This document shows, piece after piece, positions 22,104-30,427 of a stretch of DNA of 64,000 nt. The notes under the pieces were generated by a model. That model saw only the letters and a program-made list of their open reading frames with translations. It made no database searches and was not told the origin of the DNA. A program made the translations under genes and the position numbers. Source of the stretch: an uncultured bacterium (GTDB taxonomy: Bacteria > Chloroflexota > UBA5177 > JANWHV01); NCBI GenBank assembly GCA_963729625.1, contig CAVSOU010000008.1, positions 416,001 through 480,000 of the forward strand. The letters are read 5' to 3'. The first letter of the stretch is position 1; every line of letters starts with the position of its first letter.

Positions 22104-22430
22104 AGTTATCCCGGTCTCTACCTCGTATACGATCTGATCCACGAGTAGAGATGAAGAGATCGCAGTAGTGGTAGTAGGCCGGGGGGAGACTGGGGATAAA
22201 CGGTAGATTACCGGAGAGAACAAGGCTGTTGGTAATCTCGATGATCTGTGGAGTATGTGCGGATGAGAGCACGACGGTCTGGGGATAATTGGGGATAGTT
22301 TGGGCAGCGGAATACGGCGTTAGCCAACTTGCCGAATTCTTTCCCCAGGCCATGCCAGGTTCACCCCCGGATTTGTCCGCCATATGGGCAGGATATCCGC
22401 AGAGAAATACAGGATTTCCACAGATCGTTT
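22104..22430. other. Putative replication origin (oriC-like DnaA-box cluster with DnaA-trios)
   Basis: TGGGGATAA at 22191 and 22280, TGGGGATAG 22290, TGTTGGTAA 22227, TGTGGAGTA 22247, TGCGGATGA 22258; opposite orientation CTTTCCCCA 22339, ATATCCGCA 22393, ATTTCCACA 22414; CAG-TAG-TGG-TAG-TAG at 22163-22177. Confidence 0.7.
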
Positions 22431-22517
22431 TCTCTCGGTCCGCATCCCGTACCATGAGAAGTGGTCACGGCCGTATGCGGCGCGAGGAGTGAATGAGACA
22501 TAACGTCATGAGTATCT

Positions 22518-23963
22518 GTGTCTGAGCCACTATTTGCCGGCATCGACCTGGGGACGGCGAGGGTGAAGGTGGGCATCTTCGACGCTGCCGGCCGGCAGCA
22601 TGCCATGCGCATCCTCCCGCACGCGGGACTACTCACGGCAGAGCGAGGCGAGGTCACGCAAGATGCGGCGCTGTGGTGGCGCGCCGTATGCAAGGCTCTG
22701 CGCGGCGTCTGCGCCGAGATTGACGTGGCCGCCGTGAAAGCGGTTGCCGTCTGCGGGCAGGGTCCGACGCTTGTCACAACCGATGCCCGGCTCCATCCGC
22801 GCGGCCCCGCTCTCACCTGGATGGACAAGGAAAGCGCGGGCGTGGAGGCGGCACTGCTCGGCAAGCAGATCGGTCACGCCGTAGATCCCGGCCACCTGAT
22901 CGCCAAGGCGTCTTATCTCAACCACGCCGATCCGGATCCGCGCCGATGCTGGTACTTCCAGGCGTGGGACTATATTGCCACGCGGCTGTGCGGGGTGCCG
23001 CATACCTCCGCCCCTTGGTTCGAGGATGAGCTGGCCGCCTCCGGCCTGCCGCGCGATCAATTCCCGCCCTACGTGCCGCCCGGGCAGGTGATTGGATCCG
23101 TGAGCGAGGAAGCGTCGGAAGTCTGCAGGCTGTATCGCGGCATTCCTGTCGTGTCGGGCACCAACGATAGCATCGCCTCTTGCATCGGCAGCGGCCTGAC
23201 CGAGCGGGGCGACTCGGTGATTCTCGGCGGCACCTCAGGCGGCTTCGTCCTGTGCTGGGATCCCGTGCCGGGCGCCTGGACTCCTCCACCAAATGCCTAT
23301 CCCGAACCGCCCGGGCGTCGCTATCTTGGCGCGGCCATTTCCTCCAGCGGCCTGGCGCTCGATTGGCTGGCCTCGCTCTTCGGCGCTCACGACCTGGAGG
23401 CGTTGCTCGTTCATGCCGCCGAGGCCCCGGCAGGGAGTGACGGTCTTCTGCTTCTCCCCTACATTGGCGGCCTCTTCCTGCCCTATACCATCGATGAGCG
23501 CGCGCCGCTTGCGGACCCGTCGGCCCGCGGCGTCTTCTTTGGGCTGCGGGCAGGCCATGGGAGGGCACATCTGGTACGTGCCGTACTGGAGGGAGTCGCC
23601 CTTGCGATACGGCAGGTGCGTGACGTGACCATTGCTCAGGGCGGGACGACCGCTGCCACGCTGACGGTAGGCGGGCAGGCGCACAGCCTGCTGTGGAATC
23701 AAATCAAGGCCGCCGTGCTTGGCGTGCCTCTGCTGGTACCGGCGGTGGTTGAGGCCGGCGCCCTCGGCGCGGCCTGCCTTGCAGCCACCGGCAGTGGCTA
23801 CCATCCAGACGTGTGGACGGCCGCGCGGAGCATGGTGCGCGTCGCCGCCAAGCTGGAACCCGACCCCGTGATGCAGGAACGCTACAATCGCCTCTACAAT
23901 GACGTCTTCATTCCTCTGTATCCGCGCGTGAAGGATCTATTTCCGCAACATAGTACGCCATAG
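22518..23963 (+). CDS. FGGY-family carbohydrate kinase (xylulokinase-like)
   Basis: GIDLGT, ALTWMD, GTNDS, RAVLEGVA, GALGAA. Confidence 0.9.
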   Translation: MSEPLFAGIDLGTARVKVGIFDAAGRQHAMRILPHAGLLTAERGEVTQDAALWWRAVCKALRGVCAEIDVAAVKAVAVCGQGPTLVTTDARLHPRGPALTWMDKESAGVEAALLGKQIGHAVDPGHLIAKASYLNHADPDPRRCWYFQAWDYIATRLCGVPHTSAPWFEDELAASGLPRDQFPPYVPPGQVIGSVSEEASEVCRLYRGIPVVSGTNDSIASCIGSGLTERGDSVILGGTSGGFVLCWDPVPGAWTPPPNAYPEPPGRRYLGAAISSSGLALDWLASLFGAHDLEALLVHAAEAPAGSDGLLLLPYIGGLFLPYTIDERAPLADPSARGVFFGLRAGHGRAHLVRAVLEGVALAIRQVRDVTIAQGGTTAATLTVGGQAHSLLWNQIKAAVLGVPLLVPAVVEAGALGAACLAATGSGYHPDVWTAARSMVRVAAKLEPDPVMQERYNRLYNDVFIPLYPRVKDLFPQHSTP

Positions 23964-24006
23964 AGTACACGTCCCTACCATGTCAGCGCCTCAGGGATCG
24001 GCAGTG

Positions 24007-24618
24007 TCAGAAGATGCCGAGCCAGCGCCTGCGGCTCCGGCCTTGCGCGGCCTGGCTCTCCTTCTGTGCCTCCATCATCGATCGAGCAAGCGCCACAGCT
24101 TCCTCATGCTGCTTGAGCGATTGCGCGAGCATTTCCTCGATGCGGCCCTGCAGTGTGTCAATACGCTGCTCGAGCTGCAGGACCCGCCCTTCTCTCTCCT
24201 CCAAACGGGTGCGGTACTGGCTCGCCAGATCGCGCCATGCATCGGCTGCCTGGCTAAGCGGAGCCAACAATGCCTGGAGCTGATCGCTGAGGACTAGCGA
24301 TGTACCTTGATCTCTTGCCACCGCAACCTCACGGCTTTGCTCGCCGGTGTCCTCCTGCTGCTCCACGGAGTGGGCTCCTTGCGCCAGCCGCTCCTTGATT
24401 TCGCCGTAGGGAAGGTGGTTGAGCCGAAGGTCTCGCACCGTACGAAGCACCTGCATGTCGTCTTCGGTGAAGAACCGAGGCTTGCCTGACTCAGGGTTGG
24501 CGGAACTGCCGAGGAAGTTCTTGAACTCTTCAACCCAACTGCGCAGCGTGTTGCTGTTCTTGTCTTGTAGGCCGAGTTGCGCCGAAGCCTCGCCGATTCT
24601 ATAGAGCACGGGCTCCAT
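24007..24618 (-). CDS. MerR-type HTH / coiled-coil protein (RacA-like architecture)
   Basis: YRIGEASAQLG..TLRSWVEEF..RFFTEDD HTH, long heptad region, C-terminus RSRRRWLGIF. Confidence 0.75.
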   Translation of the reverse strand: MEPVLYRIGEASAQLGLQDKNSNTLRSWVEEFKNFLGSSANPESGKPRFFTEDDMQVLRTVRDLRLNHLPYGEIKERLAQGAHSVEQQEDTGEQSREVAVARDQGTSLVLSDQLQALLAPLSQAADAWRDLASQYRTRLEEREGRVLQLEQRIDTLQGRIEEMLAQSLKQHEEAVALARSMMEAQKESQAAQGRSRRRWLGIF

Positions 24619-25011
24619 GTGCCTGAATACTCCTTCGCTTCCTATGTCTCAGCGAGTATAGCATAGGCGGCTATAGGTAGAGGTAGATCCGCGACACCAG
24701 CGTCGCACGTGACACTGGCGATCAACGGTACGCAGTCGTCGGCAAGGAATCGGGCATCGTGTCCGCTCCGTTTTCGGGAGCGCGTGGCGCCGGGAGCAGG
24801 GGTTGCTGCGCTGGAGCCAGGCGTGCGTGGGCGGGCACCGCGGCAGTCGCGGTGGCGCCGGGACACGCGTGCCGGCGCCCAGGGCAGGCGGACACGATGT
24901 GCACGCCCCCGGGATCCCGGTGATCCCACTATGCCGCACGCCCTATACAGGGAGGTAGGGGGCACCGTGCCGACGGAGGAGGCGCCATGTAGTGCAGTTG
25001 GTGGTGCTGGA

Positions 25012-25027
25012 CGTTTCACGTGGAACG
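25012..25027. promoter_or_regulatory. parS-like site (ParB binding)
   Basis: CGTTTCACGTGGAACG matches the inner 14 nt of consensus TGTTTCACGTGNAACA; intergenic. Confidence 0.75.
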
Positions 25028-25126
25028 AGAATTATCGTGGCGGGCAGGGGCGTTGTACTATTGGAGATGGCGAACTGTCATGCTATAGTTGATGCGATTC
25101 TTATACTCGCGGCAGAAGGAGGCTTC

Positions 25127-25585
25127 ATGGCTGCCCGTATCCTCGTGGTCGACGATGATGAGCTTATATGTGATCTTGTAAGCGAGACCCTTAATTTTGA
25201 GGGATACGACGTTGAGGCAGCGTACAGCGGTGAGCAAGCGCTCAAGCGGCTGGAGACGAGCAAGCCCGATCTTATTCTGTTGGATATCATGATGTCCGGC
25301 ATCGATGGTTTCGAGGTATGCCGAAGGGTGCTGAATAACGGGGCCACGAGGAACATTCCGATCATTTTCCTCACAGCGAAGGGCCAGTTCGAAGATGAGC
25401 TCCGCGGCTATGAAGAAGGCGCCTTCGACTACATCACGAAGCCGTTCCATCCCCTGAGCCTGGCGCCCACGATTCGCGAGACGTTGGAGGCCCAGGGTCA
25501 GAGCGAGCTGGAGGGAAAGCGGCAGAACAGGATTGAGAAATTGCGCAGCCTGCTCAATCTGCGTGGCAGCGGCGAGGCCGGCTAG
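25127..25585 (+). CDS. Single-domain response regulator (receiver)
   Basis: ILVVDDD, DLILLDIMM, FLTA, YITKPF; RBS AGGAGG. Confidence 0.9.
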   Translation: MAARILVVDDDELICDLVSETLNFEGYDVEAAYSGEQALKRLETSKPDLILLDIMMSGIDGFEVCRRVLNNGATRNIPIIFLTAKGQFEDELRGYEEGAFDYITKPFHPLSLAPTIRETLEAQGQSELEGKRQNRIEKLRSLLNLRGSGEAG

Positions 25586-25709
25586 TCCTCCCGGGTTCGC
25601 ATGGCGCCGAACGCGAGCAGTCCCATTGGGCATGGATTGAGCGAAGTCCACTGGAACGCCTGTAGAACACGGTGGTCTTTGCCGCCGCCGCGGTGGGAGG
25701 TACGGAAAT

Positions 25710-26990
25710 ATGGTCGTTGCAGCTCCTGAAGAAGTCCAGGAAATGATTCCTCCGCGTGTCAACTCGATCGAGGACACCGGCATCGACAGCAGTTTCATCT
25801 CCGAGCTGCTGCTCAAGCACATCTACTATGGCGGCGTCATCGCCGGTGCGACCGTGGCCGCCAACATGTGTCTCCCGTTCTACCAGGTCGTGGAAACCCT
25901 GCTCGAAAACCTCAAGACGCAGAACTACATCGAGGTGCGCGGCAGCACCGGCGTCCTTTCCACGACCTATCGGTATGCCCTGACCGATAAGGGGCAGAAC
26001 AAGGTCAAAGAAGCATTCGAGCGCAACACATACGCCGGCCCTTGCCCGGTCACCCTGCAAGACTACAGCTTCGCCGTGAAACGGCAATCGATTCGGAATG
26101 TCCTGGTCACACGGGAGCAGTTGGCGGTCGCGTTCAGCGGGCTGGTGTTCAGCCAGCAGACGCTCGATCAGATTGGCCCGGCGATCAACTCTGGGCGCTC
26201 GATCTTCCTCTTTGGCCCGCCTGGTAACGGCAAGACAACCATCGCCGAAGTGTCGGCGACGCTGCTCGGCGGTAATGTCTACGTGCCGTACGCGGTCCTC
26301 GTTGAGGGCCAGATCATCCGCGTTTTTGACGAGGCGCACCATCATCGCATGTCGGAGACCGATCCGGAGCTGGTAGATCAGCGATGGGTGCTGTCCAAGC
26401 GGCCGGTGGTGGTCGTGGGCGGCGAGCTCACACTCAGCGAGCTCGACTTGCAGCTGTCCGAGGAAAGCAGAGTCTACGAGGCGCCACTGCAGATGAAAGC
26501 CAACGCCGGCATGTTCTTGATTGACGATTTTGGCCGGCAGCAGATCTCCCCTCGAGCGCTATTGAACCGGTGGATCATTCCCCTCGAACGCCGGGTGGAC
26601 TATCTGACGTTGATCACGGGCAACAAGCTGCAAATACCCTTCGACGAGTTGCTCATCTTTTCCACCAACCTCGATCCGAAGGATCTCATGGATGACGCGT
26701 TCCTGCGCCGCATTCGCTACAAGATACACATCACACCGCCGACGATCGACGAGTTCCGCGAGATCTTCAAGCGCACCTGCGCGCAACGCAGCATAGAGTA
26801 CAACGAAGCGGCGCTGGGTTACATCTATAACGAGTATTACGTAAAGCTCGGTCTCCAGCTCAGATCGTGTCATCCACGCGATCTGCTCGACCAGCTCATG
26901 GACATCGCCCGCTACCTGCGCGTCAAGCCCATGCTGGCCAAAGAGCTGATCGACCTCGCCTGTAAGAGCTATTTCGTCAAGCTGGGATAA
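25710..26990 (+). CDS. AAA+ ATPase of unknown function
   Basis: Walker A GPPGNGKTT, Walker B FLIDDFGRQ, sensor FSTN, FLRRI arginine finger. Confidence 0.85.
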   Translation: MVVAAPEEVQEMIPPRVNSIEDTGIDSSFISELLLKHIYYGGVIAGATVAANMCLPFYQVVETLLENLKTQNYIEVRGSTGVLSTTYRYALTDKGQNKVKEAFERNTYAGPCPVTLQDYSFAVKRQSIRNVLVTREQLAVAFSGLVFSQQTLDQIGPAINSGRSIFLFGPPGNGKTTIAEVSATLLGGNVYVPYAVLVEGQIIRVFDEAHHHRMSETDPELVDQRWVLSKRPVVVVGGELTLSELDLQLSEESRVYEAPLQMKANAGMFLIDDFGRQQISPRALLNRWIIPLERRVDYLTLITGNKLQIPFDELLIFSTNLDPKDLMDDAFLRRIRYKIHITPPTIDEFREIFKRTCAQRSIEYNEAALGYIYNEYYVKLGLQLRSCHPRDLLDQLMDIARYLRVKPMLAKELIDLACKSYFVKLG

Positions 26991-27008
26991 TACCGCTCAG
27001 ACAAAAGT

Positions 27009-28307
27009 CTATGCTGTCGCCAAGCCCAACCGTCGATACGCCTCGTCCACATATTGCAGGTGATACTGCACGTCGAACAACTCGTCGAGCGACTTCTCGT
27101 CCAGGTGCTCGGCAATCGCCGGGTCATCGCCCAGCAGCTGGCGGAAACTGCACCCCTCGTCCCAGGCGTGCAGCGCATGCTGCTGTACGAGCTTGTATGC
27201 CTCCTGGCGGCCGACGCCGTGCTCGATCAGCGCCAGCAGCACGCGTTGCGAGAAGATGAGTCCCCCCGACGAATCCAAATTGCGCTGCATATGCCCCGCG
27301 TCGACGCGCAGCGAGGCGATCACGCCGCGCAGCACGTCCAGCATGTAGTCGGTTACCAGGCATGCATCCGGGAAGATCACGCGTTCGGCGGACGAGTGGC
27401 TGATGTCTCGCTCGTGCCAGAGAGTCACGTTCTCCAGCGCCGTCAGCGCGTAGCCGCGCACAAGTCGAGCCATGCCGCTGACGCGCTCGCAGAGAATCGG
27501 GTTGCGCTTGTGCGGCATGGCCGACGACCCCTGCTGCCCCTCGGTAAACGGCTCCGCCGCCTCCCGCACCTCCGTGCGCTGGAGATGGCGAATCTCGGTC
27601 GCGAAATTGTCGAGCGTGGAGGCCAGCACTGCCAGCACCGCAAGGAAGTTCGCGTGTCGATCGCGCCCAATGACCTGTGTGCCGACCGGCAGCGTGCGCA
27701 GGCTGAGCGCGGCCAGCGCCTGTTCTTCCACTACGGGCGGCACGTTCGCGTGGGTCCCCACGGCCCCGGCGAGCTTGCCGACGCGCAACTCGTCGATCGC
27801 AGCCAGGAGCCGCTGCCTGGCATTGCGCAGCGCGTCGACCCATACCAAAAGCTTGAAGCCGAACGTCGTCGGCTCCGCGTGGATACCGTGCGTGCGTCCA
27901 ATCATCACGGTATGGCGGTGCGCCAACGCCTGAGTGGTGATCGCTGCCTCGAGCTTGTCTATATCGCGTACGAGCAACTCGCCTGACTGCACGATCTGCA
28001 AGGCGAGCGCGGTATCGACCACGTCCGAGCTGGTCAGGCCAAGATGGATGAAGCGGGACTCCTTGCCGATACTCTCGCCGACCGCGCGCAGGAATGCGAT
28101 CAGGTCGTGTCCGGTCTCCTGCTCGATCGTACGCATACGCTCGATGTCCAGGCGCGCGCGCCGGATCTCCGTCAGTGCTTCCTCAGGAATGGCGCCCTGC
28201 GTTGCCCATGCTTCGCAAACGGCGATCTCGACCCGCAGCCATTGGTCGAACTTCGCTTGCTCAGACCAGATAGCCGCCATCTCGGGGCGGCTGTAGCGTT
28301 CGATCAC
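27009..28307 (-). CDS. purB: Adenylosuccinate lyase
   Basis: MIERYSRPEM, GRTHG, GSSAMPHKRNP, HERDISHSSAER. Confidence 0.97.
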   Translation of the reverse strand: MIERYSRPEMAAIWSEQAKFDQWLRVEIAVCEAWATQGAIPEEALTEIRRARLDIERMRTIEQETGHDLIAFLRAVGESIGKESRFIHLGLTSSDVVDTALALQIVQSGELLVRDIDKLEAAITTQALAHRHTVMIGRTHGIHAEPTTFGFKLLVWVDALRNARQRLLAAIDELRVGKLAGAVGTHANVPPVVEEQALAALSLRTLPVGTQVIGRDRHANFLAVLAVLASTLDNFATEIRHLQRTEVREAAEPFTEGQQGSSAMPHKRNPILCERVSGMARLVRGYALTALENVTLWHERDISHSSAERVIFPDACLVTDYMLDVLRGVIASLRVDAGHMQRNLDSSGGLIFSQRVLLALIEHGVGRQEAYKLVQQHALHAWDEGCSFRQLLGDDPAIAEHLDEKSLDELFDVQYHLQYVDEAYRRLGLATA

Positions 28308-28475
28308 GATGGCTCCTCACTTGGTAGTACAGATAATAACGGCAATAACTCCGTGTTTGAGTGTAACGCCGCCGCAACGGGCACATCAGCAGGGATGTCC
28401 ACCAGGCGACCTCCCTGCCGAGGTCACCCAAAGTTCACGCTCCTGTTGCGATCGCCGGGTCCTCGTGCGGACGAA

Positions 28476-28988
28476 TCAATCCGGCTCGGCCAGGATCGAG
28501 CGCACGGTTTCCAGCGTGATCATCAGTGTCATCGGCCGCAGTGGCGATTCCACGAAACCACGCGACAGATAGAATCGCCTGGCTGGTTCCGAAAGGGCAT
28601 GGACCAGAAGCGCAAACACTCCTGCGTCACCGGCCACACTGACAGCACGGATCATCGCGTCACGCAACAAAGCCTGGCCGAGGCCCTGATTGTGATAACG
28701 GCGGTCGATCGCTAGCCGGCCAAGCAGCAGCACCGGCAACGGATCGGGCATATTGCGCCGCATCGCCTTCGGCGCCACTTCGTGGCTGATAGCGCCGGCA
28801 GACAGACAATAGTACCCGATGACGGTTGCGCCAGTGCAGAGCACGAAACAGCGCGAAGCGCCCGACGCGTGATTCTTGAGCGCCCGCTTCTTGAGCCACT
28901 CGTCGAGTGACGGCTCGCCACACGCGAAATCCGCCAGATCATGGTCGGCCGTTATCGGCGCTGGCCGTGAGAGGTTGAGCACGCTCAC
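28476..28988 (-). CDS. GNAT toxin (TacT/AtaT-like)
   Basis: FACGEPSLDEWL, PVLLLGRLAID...QGLG, FYLSRGF; overlaps antitoxin stop. Confidence 0.9.
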   Translation of the reverse strand: MSVLNLSRPAPITADHDLADFACGEPSLDEWLKKRALKNHASGASRCFVLCTGATVIGYYCLSAGAISHEVAPKAMRRNMPDPLPVLLLGRLAIDRRYHNQGLGQALLRDAMIRAVSVAGDAGVFALLVHALSEPARRFYLSRGFVESPLRPMTLMITLETVRSILAEPD

Positions 28989-29266
28989 TCCACCCAGGGC
29001 GCTTTTGTCTTGAGCAGGCGACGGAGCTTGTCGGTCGCCGGCAGCGGCCGATCAAGCAGCGCCTGAAACTGCGCGAACGTACCGTGATCGACCGTGAAGA
29101 ACGCTTGATCGAGCAGCACATCTTCCGCCCTGAGACAGGCAGCTTCGAGCATGAAATCCGAGCGGCTACGACCGAGCCGTTCGGCGGCCAGGTCAATCAG
29201 GTCGCGTTGCCGCGCCTTGGCGCGGATGTTGATCGAAACAGCCTCTTGAACGTGTGTGTGTTCCAT
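28985..29266 (-). CDS. DUF1778 RHH antitoxin (TacA/AtaR-like)
   Basis: INIRA...LIDLAAERLGRSRSDFML...LLDQ...KAPW. Confidence 0.9.
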   Translation of the reverse strand: MEHTHVQEAVSINIRAKARQRDLIDLAAERLGRSRSDFMLEAACLRAEDVLLDQAFFTVDHGTFAQFQALLDRPLPATDKLRRLLKTKAPWVE

Positions 29267-29542
29267 CCCAGGCCCTTCTGCTTTCCAAGCACGCAGGCGT
29301 ACCCCATCAATACATTGTATATACATCAGTGTGTAGCATAGTACAACATACCGGCGAGCAAACCGTGCACATGTGCTCAAAGCCGACACTGGCCCCCGCA
29401 CTCGGGCTGGGCGGATACGGCCACGCGATTATGCGCCCATCCACCCCATGTCAATCCGGTAACGCATGCGAACAGTGACGGCGTTTCCGGACGGCAGCGC
29501 CCTCAACGCATCGGCGGGCGGTCACCCAGGGGCAGCCAGCGC

Positions 29543-30427
29543 CTACTCGCCTGGATCGTCGCCCTCGCGGCCGCCACGAAGGAACTCCTCGATCTCGGAG
29601 ACGATAGCCTCAGCGTTGGGAAGCCCTTCGGCAGGCGCCTGCTTATCGTACTGTCGCTCGTAGCTGTAGACCTGCTGCTGGAGATCGGTATCCGACTCCA
29701 CCAGCCGATCCAGGAGATGGTCGACCTGGGTGGCCTGGTCGCGCAATTCCTGAAGGTCGAGATCGAGGTCCAGGAGCCCAAGCACGGTCTCGAGAAGAGC
29801 CAGTGTCGCGCGAGGATTCCAGCCGAGCTGCGCATAGGCGGGCACGTGTCCCCAGAAGCTCGCGGCTGGAATACGCTTGCCGCGGCACGCCTGCAGCAAC
29901 GCGGTGTGCACGCTGCTCGGGCCTTCGTAGTGGATGAGCGCCAACCCCAGATGCGCGAGCGCGCGCCGCAGTTCTCCCTGGGCGACGGCCATCGAGATGC
30001 GCGGCGGCCGCGTGTGCGGCACGGCGTCGAAGAGGCTGCCGAAGCTGTAAACAGCCTCCACCTCGCAGCGCCGCACCAGCTCCGTAATCGTAGCTGTATA
30101 CGTGGGCCAGCGGAGGCTGGGCTCCGCCGCCTCCAGGAGGAGGAGATCACGACCCGAGTCCCGTGGATTGCGCCACGCGTACAGTGTCGTGCCGGGGTAT
30201 TCCAGCGAGCGCAACACGCCACCCGTCAGCACCGCTCGCGGGCGCGTGCTTCCCAGATCATAGAAGTCATCGGACCGGATGCTGCCGACACGCGTGGCCG
30301 GCAAAGTATCGCGCAGGAAGCCAATCACGCGGCTCGACACTTCCATGGCGTCGCACCAGCCGGTAAAGGTCGCGAGGAGGACGGGGCGCCTGAGCTGCGG
30401 ATCGACGTCAAGAATGAGATCGCTCAT
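29543..30427 (-). CDS. PAC2 (proteasome assembly chaperone-like) family protein
   Basis: FTGWCDA, DFYD, EPSLRW, PHTRP, YEGP, VPAY, EIEEFLR. Confidence 0.85.
   Translation of the reverse strand: MSDLILDVDPQLRRPVLLATFTGWCDAMEVSSRVIGFLRDTLPATRVGSIRSDDFYDLGSTRPRAVLTGGVLRSLEYPGTTLYAWRNPRDSGRDLLLLEAAEPSLRWPTYTATITELVRRCEVEAVYSFGSLFDAVPHTRPPRISMAVAQGELRRALAHLGLALIHYEGPSSVHTALLQACRGKRIPAASFWGHVPAYAQLGWNPRATLALLETVLGLLDLDLDLQELRDQATQVDHLLDRLVESDTDLQQQVYSYERQYDKQAPAEGLPNAEAIVSEIEEFLRGGREGDDPGE

Noticed and set aside
22060-22492. ORFs of 131 and 67 aa across the oriC-like gap
   Set aside because: Atypical composition; region better explained as a non-coding DnaA-box cluster
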